From contig OZ024743.1 in the NCBI GenBank assembly GCA_964016885.1, forward strand, positions 260,462,001-260,526,000: a DNA stretch of 64,000 bases, given 5' to 3'. The translations under genes were made by a program, and so were the position numbers. The notes under the pieces are model-generated. The model worked only from the letters and a program-made list of their open reading frames with translations, was not told the DNA's origin and ran no database searches. How positions within the stretch are numbered: position 1 is the first letter of the stretch; every line of letters begins with the position of its first letter. Positions 37,718-50,397 of the stretch are shown here, in pieces. The stretch is from Eledone cirrhosa. Its lineage: Eukaryota.

Positions 37718-40700
37718 ACAGACCTTCAACCTACAGACTTATAAACAGAGAAGGCACAATCACTCGGGCCATTTTTGCTTCATTCACCCACCTTCAGTAA
37801 ATTTACTGGGGTGCAGTGCCTCTCTCTCCACCTTGATTCTCCTTCTAAAGTGATACTTAAAGAAAGGAATCAATTGTTGTCTGGAGAGAAAGGCATATGT
37901 CCTCAGTCCTCTCAACCTCATCCACCATATAACTTCTTTCACCATAGCCACTGTACAGAGGAAAACCGCCTCTCTGTCGTTTTTGAAAGAGGCTGGCGGT
38001 TTGATCCTTACTATGGACTCGGCAGTCAATTGGATTTGTCCCATACGCGACAGCAGTTGTTCTGCATAGTTCCACAGGTCGGTTACGCCCGGGCAGTGTA
38101 CAATTGCGTGCAGGACTGTTTCAATGTCCTGCGCACATCTTGGACACGTCCTCTTGGAAGGATCCCTGAAGGGGCGTCCGTACATGTAGATCTTGTCACG
38201 AACTGGTAGAGCTCCTCGGTAGCACTGCCAGGCCAGGGACCTCAGGAAGTTGTCCATAGGTCCCGGGCGGAAAGTCCTACCAAACAGACTGTTGAGCTCA
38301 TCGTCTTCGACGCCCAGAGTCTCTCTGAGCACGTCGTCGCCCTTGTCACGTACAATCCCTCTATAGAATGTCGAAGTGGAGTCTCCGATGATTGCTGTGC
38401 TCGCTTGCCAGAGGACTGTGAGCGCCTGAACGCATTCAATGTGCCAGGCGCCCATCGTTTTCGGTCTTTTCTTGACCCAGGACTGCAGCTCCGTCAGCGA
38501 GACGAGCTGCGTGAAAGCCTGTCTCACAAACGGTGCCCACACCGGTTGGGGGTCAGTGAGGAATACCTGGAGATGCCGCAGCTTCAGTGCATGTTTGCGC
38601 ATCATCAGCCACGGCATTCCCAGCCCTCCGTTAGAAGGGTGCTGACAGCAGACGGATCTCCTCACCAGCGGAGCCTGCTTCTTCCACAGAAACTGGAAGA
38701 GCATGCATTCCATCTTGGCGAGGTGTTCACGGGGACAAGGCACGACAGTCAAGCAGTAGTAGATGACGGACGCTATGAAAGTGTTCGCTACCTCCGCTCG
38801 ACCTTTCAAGGACAGTTTGCATTCTGCCCACTTCTGGGTGAGCGCAAACAACTTGGCCGTTACCTCGTTCCAGTTTTTCTCCACCTGGAGGTCTGGACCG
38901 AACTAGACCCCGAGCAATTTCGCCGGTCCATCCGTCCAGCGTCCAACGACGCTGTCGGACGTCATCGGTTTGCTTCTCCACGTACCGAGTTGCAAACCGA
39001 CAGACTTGTCCGGGTTTAGTTTTGCTCCCGTCAGCGTTTCGTATTCTTTCAGTAAGTTGCCGATCACCCCGATTTCCGGGGTGATCGACACTATTACCGT
39101 CAAGTCGTCGGCAGTCCCGGTTCTAAAGGGATGACCTGCAACAGCTCCAATTTCCGCAGTAGTGGCTCTAGAGTCAATGCATACAGAATGGAGGAAGAGG
39201 GTATCCCTGTCGAATGGTGCGCGTGATTGCGAACGGCTCCGATAGGTAGCCGTTCACCTTGACCCTCGAGCTGATGCTGGTGTTCATCGCCTCGATCCAG
39301 CTTCTGAAAACGGAACCGAAACCGGCTGCCTTGAGAACCGCTTCCAGGTATCGATGGTCGACCCTGTCAAATGCCTTAGACTGATCCAAATTGATCAGAG
39401 CCCCACCGAAGCCGGGTTTACTGCCCACCCTCTCTATGATGTATCGCATGAGGTGGAGGTTGCCGTGTATGGACTTGGTCGGGATTGTACACGTTTGCGC
39501 TTTCCCTACCAGGTTCTTGACGACAAGCGCCAACCTCGTCGCTAGCTCCTTGGCCAAAATCTTTAACTCTGTGTTGAGAAGAGTTATGGGCCTGAAGTTG
39601 TTAATTTCGTCCCCCTTCTTCTCGTCTTTCCAGATCAGCGTTACTACGCCCTTGCCTGCAGGACTGGGAATTCTCCCATTCTGCTGCCAATTGCAGTAGA
39701 CTTCTTCGAGGACGCCAGAGTACAAGTCCGGCATGCCTATGTAAAACTCATAGGGTGGACCATCTAGACCGGGTGACTTGCGTTTCCTGCAGTGGCTCAG
39801 AGCGTCCCGTATCTCAGTGTCCGTGATCGGTCTTTCGCAGAACTCGGCGTCCGTGTTCGAAAGACGCGGCAAGCCGTCGAGGTATGAACTAAAGTCCATT
39901 GCTCCGTTCGGCTCACCGTCGTTCTGCTCAAACAGTCGCGCAGAGTGCTGCATGGGGTCAAGTAGCACGCGTCCGTTTTGGTCTTTCAACCAACGTGGAC
40001 TTGTTGCCACTTTTTGCCTCCGCCACTCGGGCCCAGTTGACAGCTTTCGCTCCTTCGTTTCCTAGAGCACGTGTTTTGCTTCTGACCACACAGCCTTCGT
40101 GTTTCGCGTCGAAGAACTGGTCTAGTGCCGTTCTCGACGCTAACACTCTAGCCGCGTTGTCACTTCTAAGTGCCTCCTCTACCTTGGCTACTAGTTCTCT
40201 GTCTATTTTGTTTTTCTCTAAGGCTAACTCTCTGCTAAACCCTATCGATTCTACTCTAATTGCTTTCTTGAGAGAGTACCACCATCTATTGTTGACGATG
40301 GCTCCCGTTAACTGTTGCTTGACTAGTCTACTTATCCGGTCACTGTAAGCTTTACCTGCCGGCAACGACACGTTCAGCTTCCAGTATCCGGGTCCCTGCC
40401 TATGTATTCTATCACGGTTGACTAAGCAGACGACTAATTTGTGATCTGAGTAGGCAACCATGTGCATTCGTGGACAGCTTAACATCTCCTCGTCCCTTTC
40501 TCTAATGAAGAACCTATCTAAATACGATCTAGATGTCCCGCTGCGGTTTGCTCACGTCCACTGTGGTGCATTTGGGAAATCCAGTCAATACCTATCGGCC
40601 AGTTGGAATTGGCCGATTAAAGTTTTGAGGCTGTTGCACCTCCCTCTACTGGGACATGCTCCCACATAGTCCCATCGTGGGTCTAGGATAACATTCCAGT

Positions 40701-43270
40701 CCCCCACTAAATGTAAGGAGCGAGACGTTCCCAGAAAAGACTCTAGACGCTTAAAGAAGTCTGGCCGTGATTGCGATTGCCCGGTCGGGGCATAAATGGC
40801 CACCATCTGAAGGCTCCACCTCCAAAACTGTTCACGTCTAGGACTACCAGTCTACCCTCCGGGTCCAAGTGTACTTGCTGTACTTCGAAGTCCAGGTTCT
40901 TCCGAAACATGACAGCCACTCCCCCTCCATCTCCTGGCTGACAGAGAGATGCGTAGATCTCAAAGTCGTCAAAGATGGGGGTTAGTTGCTGCCTGTTGTG
41001 GATCCTGGACTCGGTGATGGCTATCACATCCATACCATGTGACCTAAGGTCGTTTAAAAGTTGACCCTGTTTCCAGGGCATCCCTAGGCCACGCACATTC
41101 ACGCTTCCAACTCGTAAACTAGCCATGTTGGTGGAGAAGAGTTGGCGAAAAGGACGAAAAGGTGCACTTACCTTTCGTTTCCTGGAGATCGGGTTGTTCA
41201 GTTTCCATTTCAGTTCTGGTGGGGGTGTTGTGTCGGGTGGGGAAACATTTTAATAAGACGCGGTTAATAGGTTTTTAACAGGGGTTGCCAATATCTTGCG
41301 AAAATTGTTCTTTCAATTTCTGATAGGTTTCTATCGAAACCCTTATTAGTTTTAGGTGTGGAGACGATTCTGCTTTGACGAAAGTTTTGCCCTCCGTCTC
41401 CACCTTGGGGTTTTGGGAGATGACCTCCATCAAACTCTTGTTGTTTGTGTGATGTATGCGTATTGTTGTTTGTGTTTTTGTTGTGTTGTTTTAGTTTGTT
41501 GTTCGTCCGGGAGTTTTCTTTTTATGGTAGGTGCTTGTGTTTGTGGTGGTGTTGGTGTTGGTTTTTCTGGTAGGGGGCTGTTTGACTGTGGTGTTGTTTG
41601 TGTTGTTGTTTGTGTTGTTGTTTGTGTCTGTGGTTGTGTGTTGGTGTTGGTGATTGGAGTTTTGGGGGTTTTGTAGTGTCTCTTTTTTTAGTTTTTTTTA
41701 GATTTCCGATGCTCTCCCTCTTCTTCACTTAAAGAAGGAGAAGCAGCCTCATCTGTCAATGAATAATCATCGTCAGGAGTGTGGGGTAGGGGTATGTTGT
41801 GTGGTGGTGGTGTTTCGGTGTGAGTGTTTGTGATAGTGTTTGATGGAGGGGGATGGGGTGGGGCTGTGTTCTTCAGGGGTGTTGTCTGTGTTTTTTCTGT
41901 TGTTGTTGGTTGAGTGGCTGTTTGTTTTGGTGTGTTTGCTCGTTTCGTCTGTTGTTGTACTTGTGGTGGTGGTTGTTTTGGTGTTGGTGTTGGTAATAGT
42001 GTTTTTTAATGATGTTGTTGTGGTGTGTTTGTGAAGGACAGGAGGCTTTTAGGTGTGCTGTGCTACCACAGCGAAAGCAATGAAATTTACGCCCCTGTAC
42101 CGAAATGTTTATTTTGTTGTTGTCGTCGATGACGACTTTTTCGGGTATTTTGGAGATTCTCTCCGGCCTCATTTGCATCAGAATCTCCAAATCAGTACCC
42201 GCCCACCTTTGTCTAATAGACTTTCGTATTGAAATAATCACATCAGTCTCTGGCTCCACGAAGCCAGCCCAGATCCACCAGATGTTAATGTTTGGTTGTA
42301 TATTTTTTTTGTGTGTCCTTTTTCCATGTACGTAGGGAAAAGGTGAATGCTTTTGACAGCATTGGTGTCACAGAATGTTTTGGGGCGAGTGCCTCGCTTT
42401 TAAACAGTACGGAAACACTTCCGTACTGTTTTCCTCATTGGAGAAATTCAATATTTGCTAGATTCTCCTTCAACGTGGCTTCTATATCTGCTTGACTAAC
42501 AAATATTGGGATTCTCGTTGTGTTGGAGACAGTCGTAAAGGTCACTGTCCTTCGAACTGTCTCTTCTTTTATTTCGAGGGATGAGTTAATTCTAAACCCA
42601 CCCTTGTATTCGAAAGTTACAAATTTTCTCCCTTGATGGAGCATATCTCTTGCATTGGAGATGTCAAGATTTATACAATCTTGTTTTTTGTTCACTGTTT
42701 CAGCGAAAGACATATTTTTTATGGTGTTGCTGTTGTTGTTGTTATCGTTGTTAGCCTCGGTGTTGGAAATCAAAATTTCTTGGCGAGGTGAAATTTTATC
42801 TGTAGATGTATCTATGGAGTTGTTGTTGTTGGCTGTTTCATGTGTATGTATATTAATAGGTTTACTTCCTGTGTGTTGTGTGTTTCTCCGCTTCGACCGT
42901 AGAAATGTTTAAGTGTTCAATTGGCAATATTTTTTTCTCTTTGTTGACAGTCGTATCCATGGCGACGTCCATAGTAGCAGAAGCAGATATAACGTTAATA
43001 TCTGCCTCTCTACCTCTCTTCTCTCTGTCGACGTTCTCTAGCGTTCTTTCCGAGCTATTCATGTTTTATAGTTGGCAAAATTTGATATTTTAAAACAAAT
43101 TTTAAATTAAATTTTCGCCCCTAAAGGGGCGAAAACTGGGATTACCACCCGGCTGACAATTCAGCTTGGGGGTTAATCTACAAAATGATAGGTTTTTTCA
43201 AACAATTTGTTTGTTTTTTTGTATATAAATTTACAAAAAAGTTTACCGCCGATGTTCCACGCGTCAGGCA
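37718..43270 (-). mobile_element. Tx1/L1-group LINE C, near full length but decayed; 3' UTR missing
   Basis: ORF1 pieces from 43062 with CFRCGSTAHLKASC knuckle; ORF2 from ATG 41126 (MASLRVGSVNVRG) through APE, RT and zinc finger to a stop at ~37731. Confidence 0.92.
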
Positions 43271-43290
43271 GATAGGAAGATAGATAGATA

Positions 43291-44868
43291 ACTTTCTTTT
43301 TATTTGCCACCAGGGCGTCAAAGAGTGGGACAAGTACAATGGGGGGGGGTATATAAAAAGGTGCCCTCAATAAGGAGGAGGCAATAACAAAATATAAAAA
43401 TATAAGATATAAAATATAACAAAAGTAAATTGAATAACAAAATCCTCAATAGGGAGGAGGCGCCCGAAAAAGTGTGCAACCCTTCTCCTCAGGAGCAAAG
43501 AGAGAGGGTGCTCCGTTGATCTTTCATCTTTCTCACCTACAGTCTGATGTAGAGTGAAGGCCCATCCACACGGGCTATTCTCGCCACTTTCACCCATCTT
43601 TCATAAAAACGGCTGGGGTGCAGCACCTCTCTCTCCATCCTGATTCTTATTCCGAAATTATATCGGAAGAAACGGACCAGTTGTTGGCCAGAGAGAAAGG
43701 TGTTTAACCTCGGTCCTTTCAGACGCGTCCACCATACAACTTCTTTCGCCATGGCTATTACGCACAGAAACACCGCATCTCCTTCGTTTTTGAAGAGGGG
43801 AGGCGGCTTGATTGTTACAATAGACTCGGTGGTCAACCGGATCGGTCCCACCCGTGACAGCAGTCGTTCGACATAGCCCCACAAATCGGCAATGCCCGAG
43901 CAGTGTACCAATGCGTGTGCAACGGTTTCCTCGTCGCACCCGCATCTGGGACATATCTTTTTCGAGGGGTCCCTACCCGGGCGCCCGTGTCTGTAGAGCC
44001 TTTCTCGAACGGGCAGAGCCCCTCGGTAGCACTGCCAGGCCAGGAATCTCTGGAAGTTATCCATAGATCCCGGGCTGAATGTCCTACCGAACAGGCTGGC
44101 CAGTTCCTTTTCCTCCATGCCTAGGGCTTCTCTGAGAGCGTCGTCGCACCTGCTAACCACCAGCCCTCTATAGAATGACGAGGTGGATTCTCCACTGACA
44201 GCAGGGTCCGCCTGCCAGAGAACCGTGAGCGCCTGGGCACACTCGGTGTGCCAGGCGCCCAGTTTTCTCGGTCTTTGCTTGACCCAGGTTTGCAGCTCGG
44301 TGAGCGAGACGAGTCTGGGAAAGGCTCGCCTCACAAACGGGGCCCCACACCGGTTGACCGGTGAGGAATACCTGGAGGTGCCATAGCCTTAATGCGTGTT
44401 TACGCATCATCAGCTACGGCATCCCCAGCCCTCTTTTCGAAGGGTGTTGACAGCAGATGGATCTCCTCACCATAGGAGCCCGCTTCTTCCAAAGGAATTG
44501 GAAGTGTGTGCGCTCCATTTTAGCGAGCGTGTCCCTTGGGCAAGGCACGACGGTCAGGCGGTAGTAGATGACGGACGCTATATAAGTGTTCGCCACCTCT
44601 GCCCGACCTTTCAGGGACAGGTTGCACTCGGCCCACTTCTGGGTTAGTGCAAACACCCTGTTCGTTACCTCACCCCAGTTCTTCTCCACCTGGAGATCTG
44701 GTCCGAACCAGACCCCGAGCAACTTCACCGGGCCCTCCGTCCAGCGCCCGACGACGCCATCGGAGGGCATCAATTTGCCCCTCCACGTGCCGAGTTGCAG
44801 ACCGATCGACTTGTCACGGTTCAGCTTAGCCCCTGTAAACCTTTCGTACTCCTCTAGTAAGGTGCCGA
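43291..44868 (-). mobile_element. Tx1/L1-group LINE B, 5'-truncated (ORF2 C-terminus and 3' UTR)
   Basis: Very similar to D; ends GTGGCAAATAAAAAGAAAG then TATCTATCTATCTTCCTATCT. Confidence 0.92.
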
Positions 44869-45130
44869 TCGGAAGATAGATAGGAAGTTAGATAGATAAA
44901 TTTCTATTTATTTGCCACGAGGGCACAAAAGGAGGGGACATTTACACAGTGGGGGAGTTTACATAAATCGAGTAAAGAAAAAAGGAATAACAATAATAAT
45001 ATAACAATAAAAAGTCCTCAAAAGGGAGGGGGCGTGTTGGGGATTGCACATACCCCCGAAAAGTGTGCAACTCTTTTCGCGGGGGTAGCCCAGAGAGGAG
45101 GCGCTCCCCCTTTCCTCTTCACTTCTTCAC

Positions 45131-48100
45131 CTACAGAACAATGTAGAGAGAAGGCCCATTTACACGGGCCATTCTCGCTTCTTTCACCCACCTTTCATAA
45201 AACTGTCTGGGACCAAGCACTTCTCTCTCCATCCTGATCCTTCTTCCGAAGTGGTATCGGAAGAAGTAAACCAGGTGATGGCCGGAGAGAAAGTCACCCG
45301 ACCTCAGACCTTTCAGGCGCGTCCACCACACAACCTCTTTCATCATGGCTATTACGCACAGAAAGACCGCCTCTGCTTCATTTCTGAAGGGAGGAGGCGG
45401 CTTGATGTTCACCACAGACTCGGCGGTTAATCGAATCGGCGCCACACGCGACAGCAGTCGTTCGACGTAGCCCCACAGATCGGCAACGCCCGGGCAGTGT
45501 ACCAGTGCATGCGCAACGGTTTCCTCGTCGCGCACGCATCTGGGACAGATCTTTTTCACGGGATCCCTGCCCGGGCGCCCGTGTCTGTAGAGCTTTTCTC
45601 GAACGGGCAGAGCCCCCCGGTAACACTGCCAGGCTAGGGACCTCTGGAAGTTGTCCATGGGTCCCGGGCCGAAAGTTCTACCGAACAGGCTGGCCAGTTC
45701 GTCCTCCTCCATGCCTAGCGACTCTCCAAGGGTGTCGTCGCCCCTGCTAGCCACCAACCCTCTATAGAATGTCGAGGTGGATTCTCCACTGACAGTCGGG
45801 TCCGCTTGCCAGATAGCCGTGAGCGCCTGGGCACACTCGGTGTGCCAGTTGCCCAGTTTTCTCGGTCTTTGCTTCACCCAGGATTGCAGTTCGGTGAGCG
45901 AGACGAGCTGTGGGAAGGCTCGCCTCACAAACGGGGCCCACACCGGCTGACCGTTGAGGAATACCTGTAGATGCCGTAGCCTCAATGCGTGCCTACGCAT
46001 CAACAGCCACGGCATACCCAGCCCTCCTTTCGAAGGGTGCTGGCAGCAGATGTATCTCCTCACCATGGGAGGCCGCTTCTTCCAGAGGAACTGGAAGAGC
46101 ATGCGTTCCATGATGGTGAGCTTTTCCTTGGGGCAAGGCACGACGGTCAGGCGGTAGTAGATGACGGACGCTATGTAAGCGTTCGTCACCTCCGCCCGAC
46201 CTTTCAGTGATAGTTTGCACTTGGCCCACTTCTGGGTCAGCGCAAACACCCTGCTCGTCACCTCGCCCCAATTCTTCTCCACCTGGAGGTCCGGTCCGAA
46301 CCAGACCCCGAGCAGCTTCACCGGGCCCTCCGTCCACCGCCCGACGACACCGTCTAACGGCATCGGTTTGCCCCTCCACGTTCCGAGTTGCAAACCGACT
46401 GACTTGTCCTGGTTCAGCTTAGCCCCCGTCAGCCTTTCGTATTCCTCCAGTAGGGTGGCGATCGCCCCGATTTCCGAGGCGTCCGCCACCATTACTGTTA
46501 CGTCGTCGGCATAGGCCGAGACCGCTTTGTGCAATCCCGGTTCCAGGGGTATGCCCCGCAGCAACTCCAACTTCCGCAGCAGTGGCTCGAGAGTCAATAC
46601 GTACAGAAGGGAGGAGAGGGGGCACCCCTGTCTGATGGATCGGGTGATTTGAAACGGCTCCGAGAGGTAGCCGTTTACTTTAATCCTAGAGTAGATGTTG
46701 CCACTGTGCATGGCAGAAATCCAGCCCCTGAAAACGGGTCCGAAGCCCGCCGCCGCTAGCACCGCATCCAGGTAACCATGGTCGACCCTATCGAACGCCT
46801 TAGATTGATCCAAGTTGATCAGGGCCCCACCAAAGCCGGGTTCGTAGCCAACCCTCTCTATGATGTATCGCATGAGGTGGAGGTTGTCGTGAATGGACCT
46901 GGACGGGATAGCGCATGTCTGCGCGTCTCCCACCAAACCACCCACCACAAGCGCCAACCTCTTCGCCAACACCTTGGCCAAAATCTGTAACTCTGCATTC
47001 AGCAGAGTTATGGGCCTAAAGTTACTTAAGTCGTCCCCCTTGCTCTCGTCCTTCCTCACTAGCGTGACCACGCCCTTGATCACAGAACAGGGAATTCTCC
47101 CGTTCTGTTGCCAGTTGCAATAGACAGCCTCGAGGAGTTCGGAGAACAAGACCGGCATAGCTAAATAAAGTTCGTATGGTAGACCATCGAGACCCGGGGA
47201 TTTGCGTCTGCTGCATTGGCTGAGCGCTTCCCCGATTTCAGTGGCTGTGATTGGCCTTTCGCAGCACTCCGCTTCGCCGCTCGAAAGACGCGGTAGACCG
47301 TCGAGGTATGGACCGAAGTCCACATCCCCGTCCGGCCCCCCGCCACCTCCGAACAGTCGAGCAAAGTGCCTTTGAAAGGTCTCGCACATTCGCTCAGGTT
47401 CAAGGATCACCCGTCCATCCTGGTCTCGCAAAGACCGAATGGTGGATTTAATCCCACTCTTGGCTTCTGTCACGCGGGCCCAGCTAACAGCTTTGATCCC
47501 CTCGTTTCCTAAAGCACGTATTTTACTTCGGACAACGCAGCCTTCGTGCTTCGCGTCAAAGAACTGGCTCAACGCCGTTCTCGTCGCTAACACTCTGGCT
47601 ACGTCTCCGCTCCTAATCGCCTCTTCTAGTTTATCTGTTAACTCCCTTTCCTTCCTATTTCTATTCGCCGCTAGTTCCTTACTGTAACCTATCGAACTTA
47701 CTCTAATCTCTCTCTTTAGAGATACCCACCACCTACTGTTGACGATCGCTCCCGTCAACCGCATCTTAACTAAGCTACTAATCCGGTTTCTGTAATCTTT
47801 CTTTGTCGGTAAGGACAAGTTCATCTTCCAGTAACCGGGACCCTGTCTATGCGTTCTATCAAGGTTGACCACGCAGGTCACTAATTTGTGATCTGAATAG
47901 CCAACCATGATCAGTTCTGGACAACTAAATACGTCCCTATCCTTACTCCTAACCAAAAACCTATCTAGGTACGATCTAGATTGTCCACTGCGGTTTGCCC
48001 AGGTCCAGGTTGGCGCAGTTGGACAATCTAGTCGAAATCTATCGACCAGGTCGAATCGATCGAGTAACCCCTTGAGGCTGCTACACCCCCCTCTATCGGG

Positions 48101-48573
48101 ACATGCCCCTGCATAGTCCCAACGCGCATCTAGGATTCCATTCCAGTCCCCCACTAAAAGCAGGGAACGCGACGTTCCTAGAAAAGTCTCCAGACGCTGG
48201 AAGAAGTCGGCTCTTTCCGCCCCGAAGGGAGCATAAAGACCGACCAGTCTGAAAGCCCCGCCTTCACCGCCTCCGACGTCCAGCACCAGTAATCGACCCC
48301 CCGGGTCCGAGTGAACAATCTGTACGTCGAGAGTCAGACGTTTATCCAGCAGTACGGCAACTCCCCCCCCCCCCCGCCTCCGGGTTGACAGAGAGATGCG
48401 TGCATCTCAAAGTCATCGAAGGCGGGCGCCAGCTGTCTCACGCTGCTGATCCGACTCTCGCAAACAACCATCACATCTATACTTTGTGACCTGAGGTCAC
48501 TTAGAAGCTTTGCTTGCTTCCAAGCTGAGCCCAGGCCACGCGCGTTCAAACAGCCAACTCTCAATTGATCTAT
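45131..48573 (-). CDS. LINE A ORF2 (APE endonuclease, RT, zinc finger); frameshift at the G-run ~48362-48375; presumed start reads ATA
   Basis: 1051-aa ORF plus upstream 76-aa piece (RVGCLNARG...VCES); GDWN, SYLDR, YSDH, KSPGLDG, QGCPLS, YADD, CPRC-x4-ETVAHALVHC. Confidence 0.92.
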
Positions 48574-50397
48574 TTTGGTGTTGAAAGTGAAGAAAGAAAA
48601 GCACTTACCTCTCCGGGTTGCGTAATTTCCATGGCATCAGGTGTGTTGGGTGGAGGGATGTTTTGTGGTGGTGTGGGGGTACACGTGTGTGGTGGGGTTG
48701 GGGTATTTGGAGTTGTGTCAGGGAGAGGGGCGGTTATGGGGAAATCTTTCAAGAGGACGCGATTCAACGGTTTTAAACAGGGGGGGCTCACGTACCGTCT
48801 AAATTGTTCTTTTAAGGAACGATAAAGGTCCAGAGGGACCTTTATCATTTTTAAGTGGGTGAAGTTCTCTGTTGAGATAAAGTTTGGCCCTTCGGTCTGC
48901 ACCATAGGGTTATTGTTTATTAATTTAACCAGTTTTTTGTTTTCTTTATTTATATATGTGTATTGCAACGTCTTTTTTTGTGATGCGGTCAATGTTTCGG
49001 AGAGGGGAGGCGCAGATTTATTTTTGTTTGTTGAGGGTGGGGTGTTTTTGATTGGAGTTGGTGTTTGTGTGTGGGTTATTTGTGGTGTGCTGGGTGTGTG
49101 TTTTCTTTTTTTTCTTTTAACTTGTCTGAAGGCTTCTCCTCCTTCTTCTTCAGAAGTTGGGGGAAACTCTTCAGCGCTAGGTGGGAGGGACGTGTTGTGT
49201 GGTTGTTTTTTTTTTGCGGGAGGGGTAGATTTGTTACTGTTTTTTTTATTATTTGTTTGGAATGGGTTTTGTGGTGGTGGTGGTAATGTTTGTGTCGTGC
49301 TTGTGGTTGGTGATGGTGGTGTTTGTGTTGTGGTTGGTGGTGGTGATTTTTGTGTCGTGCTTGTGTTTGGTGCTGGTGGTGGTGATGTTTGTGTTGTGTT
49401 TGTGGTTGGTGGTGTCTGTATTTTGTTTGCTGTGTGTGGTATTAGTGTATTTTTGGAGGTGGGTGGTGTTGGTGTACTGTTTGTGGTGGGTGTGGGCAAT
49501 AGTCCTTTTTGGGGGATACGTTTCGGGCAGTTAGCCTTAACGTGTCCCCTTTCCATGCATAAATAGCATGCTGGTCTTCTCCCCTCTACAATTATGTCTA
49601 TTGGGATAAGGTCATCCAGCCAGATGCGATCCGGGATTTGTGCTATTCTTTCGGGCCTCATTTGGACTAGTATGTCGAGGCCCATTCCCAGGAACGCATT
49701 TCCAGTTGCCTTCCCCGTTGACAGCATTGTGTCTTCGCCCATATCAATGAAGCCAGCAATAGCCCACCAGAAGTCCATTGTGGGCAGCATTGTTTTTACT
49801 TTTACTCTCTGTGTTCTTCTACCCATGTAGGAGGGATAGAAGCTATATGTTGTCGATGAGAGTGGGCTTAGGGAAAGCTTCTCCGCCGTTTCCCTGTCTC
49901 TTGTTAGGACCGAAATGCTGCCATAGAGTCGGTCCTTTCGTATGAAGAGAATATTCTTCATATAGTCTTTTAGGACTAACTCTATTTCCATTTGGCTGGG
50001 CTGTGCTGGCTTTCTTGTCTGGTTCAGTATAGTTCTGTAGAGAACTGTGTTTTCTGCTCTGGCTTTCTTGAATTCTGGGGGGGGAGTTAATGGAAAACAT
50101 TCCGTTCTCCCCCAAAACAATGTGTTTCTTTGCTTCGGCCAGTTTTTCTCTGGCGGCAGTTAGGTCAATTGGTGTGTATGTAATGGATTGTTTTGTTTTC
50201 TGGGCGAAAGTTGCCCTGTTGTTATTTGTATTATTTTCTGTTTGTTTGTTTTCTGTTTGCTCATTTTCCTTAACATTTGTTTTTTCATTTTCTTTGTTTG
50301 TTTCATTGTCTAATTTTGTTGTAATTATTTTTTGTTCTTCAGACTTGGGGGGCGTGGCAGAGCTAATGGCAGACATGTCTGCCATCTTTTCCGCCAT
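48570..50397 (-). CDS. LINE A ORF1 (gag-like, CCHC knuckle, Pro/Thr-rich C-half); one frameshift near 50080-50110
   Basis: ORFs 49843-50424 and 48570-50120 join; CYLCMERGHVKANC; homologous to element C ORF1 (QMRPERI). Confidence 0.85.

Noticed and set aside
48859-49566. Hydrophobic 235-aa plus-strand ORF as a membrane protein
   Set aside because: Antisense of the Pro/Thr-rich ORF1 region; other antisense ORFs over the LINEs were rejected likewise.
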